A DNA stretch of 64,000 nucleotides from a virus (taxonomy: Duplodnaviria > Caudoviricetes). The DNA lies in the IMG/VR virus record IMGVR_UViG_3300014208_000036, positions 24,794 through 88,793 of that record, one strand, 5' to 3'. Below, piece by piece: positions 63,321 through 64,000 of this stretch. Each line of letters opens with the position of its first letter. Position 1 is the first letter of the stretch. The notes under the pieces were generated by a model, which worked only from the letters and a program-made list of their open reading frames with translations, ran no database searches and had not been told where the DNA came from. Made by a program: the position numbers and the translations under genes.

Positions 63321-64000
63321 CTACAATGATTGTATTAACTCACGGTATGGTTTATACCCATCGGGTAACAACATCGATGAGATGTTTGGAATTGCAGGTT
63401 CTGCAAAAAACACATCATCATTGATTGCCGATGAAGGCAAAACTTGCTCAGCTATTCCAACTGGTCTAGAGACAACAGGAACATTCAAAAGCCCACATTC
63501 GATCAATGATTGTGGACCACCTTCGTGACGAGCTGTGACGGGATACTCATCAAGCGCTTGGTATAACTCATTGATTGTTTCCTGCGATGGCCTTTCGATG
63601 TACGTGAATGGCACACAATTATCCTGTAGTCGTTTGATAATGTACTGCCTTCTCCAACCTGCGAGTAAAACATGCCGTGGATGATCGCTTCTAAGACGGC
63701 ATTTCATGATATACTCAGCAAGAAGATCCGGACCTTTTTCTAATTTTGGTAGAAATCTACCTCCTGAAATGCCATTTCCCTCTGTATCGCGTTGAAATGA
63801 TCCCAAAATGTAACGATTAAGTGGTAATCCATGCTTCTTTCGAAGTTCTTCTTTCGTTGAAGTTGGGCGCCAGATCTTGTTATTTGCCCAATATTGTATC
63901 ATCACGATAGGTTTTTGCGTTAATGCTTTAATTTGTTCATACGTTCTTTGATTGTATACGTGGTAAACATCTGTTATCTGATCACGATGTGCAAAATCTA
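63321..64000 (-). CDS. GT4-like glycosyltransferase, 5' end outside the window
   Basis: GSFQRD, EKGPD, HEGGPQSLIECG; frame open to window edge. Confidence 0.8.
   Translation of the reverse strand, partial: DFAHRDQITDVYHVYNQRTYEQIKALTQKPIVMIQYWANNKIWRPTSTKEELRKKHGLPLNRYILGSFQRDTEGNGISGGRFLPKLEKGPDLLAEYIMKCRLRSDHPRHVLLAGWRRQYIIKRLQDNCVPFTYIERPSQETINELYQALDEYPVTARHEGGPQSLIECGLLNVPVVSRPVGIAEQVLPSSAINDDVFFAEPAIPNISSMLLPDGYKPYRELIQSL

Noticed and set aside
1-64000. Genome-wide stop-codon reassignment (TAG or TGA as sense)
   Set aside because: Many well-bounded genes end in TAG (3940, 5393, 13737, 24650, 51949, 53424) or TGA with a neighbour starting right after; long genes are uninterrupted; no clear CUA/UCA suppressor tRNA in the window.
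1-64000. CRISPR array, rRNA, tmRNA, IS transposase
   Set aside because: No regularly spaced direct repeats, rRNA motifs, tmRNA tag region or transposase motifs were seen; the Cas4-like gene is stand-alone.

Overview
Segment of a large tailed dsDNA (jumbo, myovirus-like) phage genome read in the standard bacterial code; host not determinable from this window. (1) 1-27.6 kb, + strand: accessory and early genes (protein-kinase-like, sigma70-like factor, MoxR AAA+ ATPase and VWA/metallopeptidase, ATP-dependent DNA ligase in two pieces, SGNH-esterase fibre module, glucosaminidase, NADAR, PTH2, TilS, Rnl1-type RNA ligase). These are interleaved with three clusters holding about 35 tRNA or tRNA-like genes and four free-standing endonucleases. 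(2) 27.8-47.5 kb, - strand: tail/baseplate structural operon plus a gp55-like late sigma factor. (3) 47.7-64 kb, - strand: nucleotide-sugar synthesis and glycosyltransferase cluster. Most unusual: a set of rearranged tRNA-like RNAs (circularly permuted, D-armless with a relocated D-loop motif, anticodon-less, aberrant loop) with a possible large structured ncRNA at 807-1308; a DNA ligase split inside its adenylation domain by a GIY-YIG gene without a visible intron core; a sigma70 lacking region 4.2 next to a separate region-4.2-like HTH gene and a non-canonical promoter motif; and an in-frame amber codon inside a GC-rich fibre module. All RNA structures were paired by eye and protein families recognised from motifs; no searches were run.
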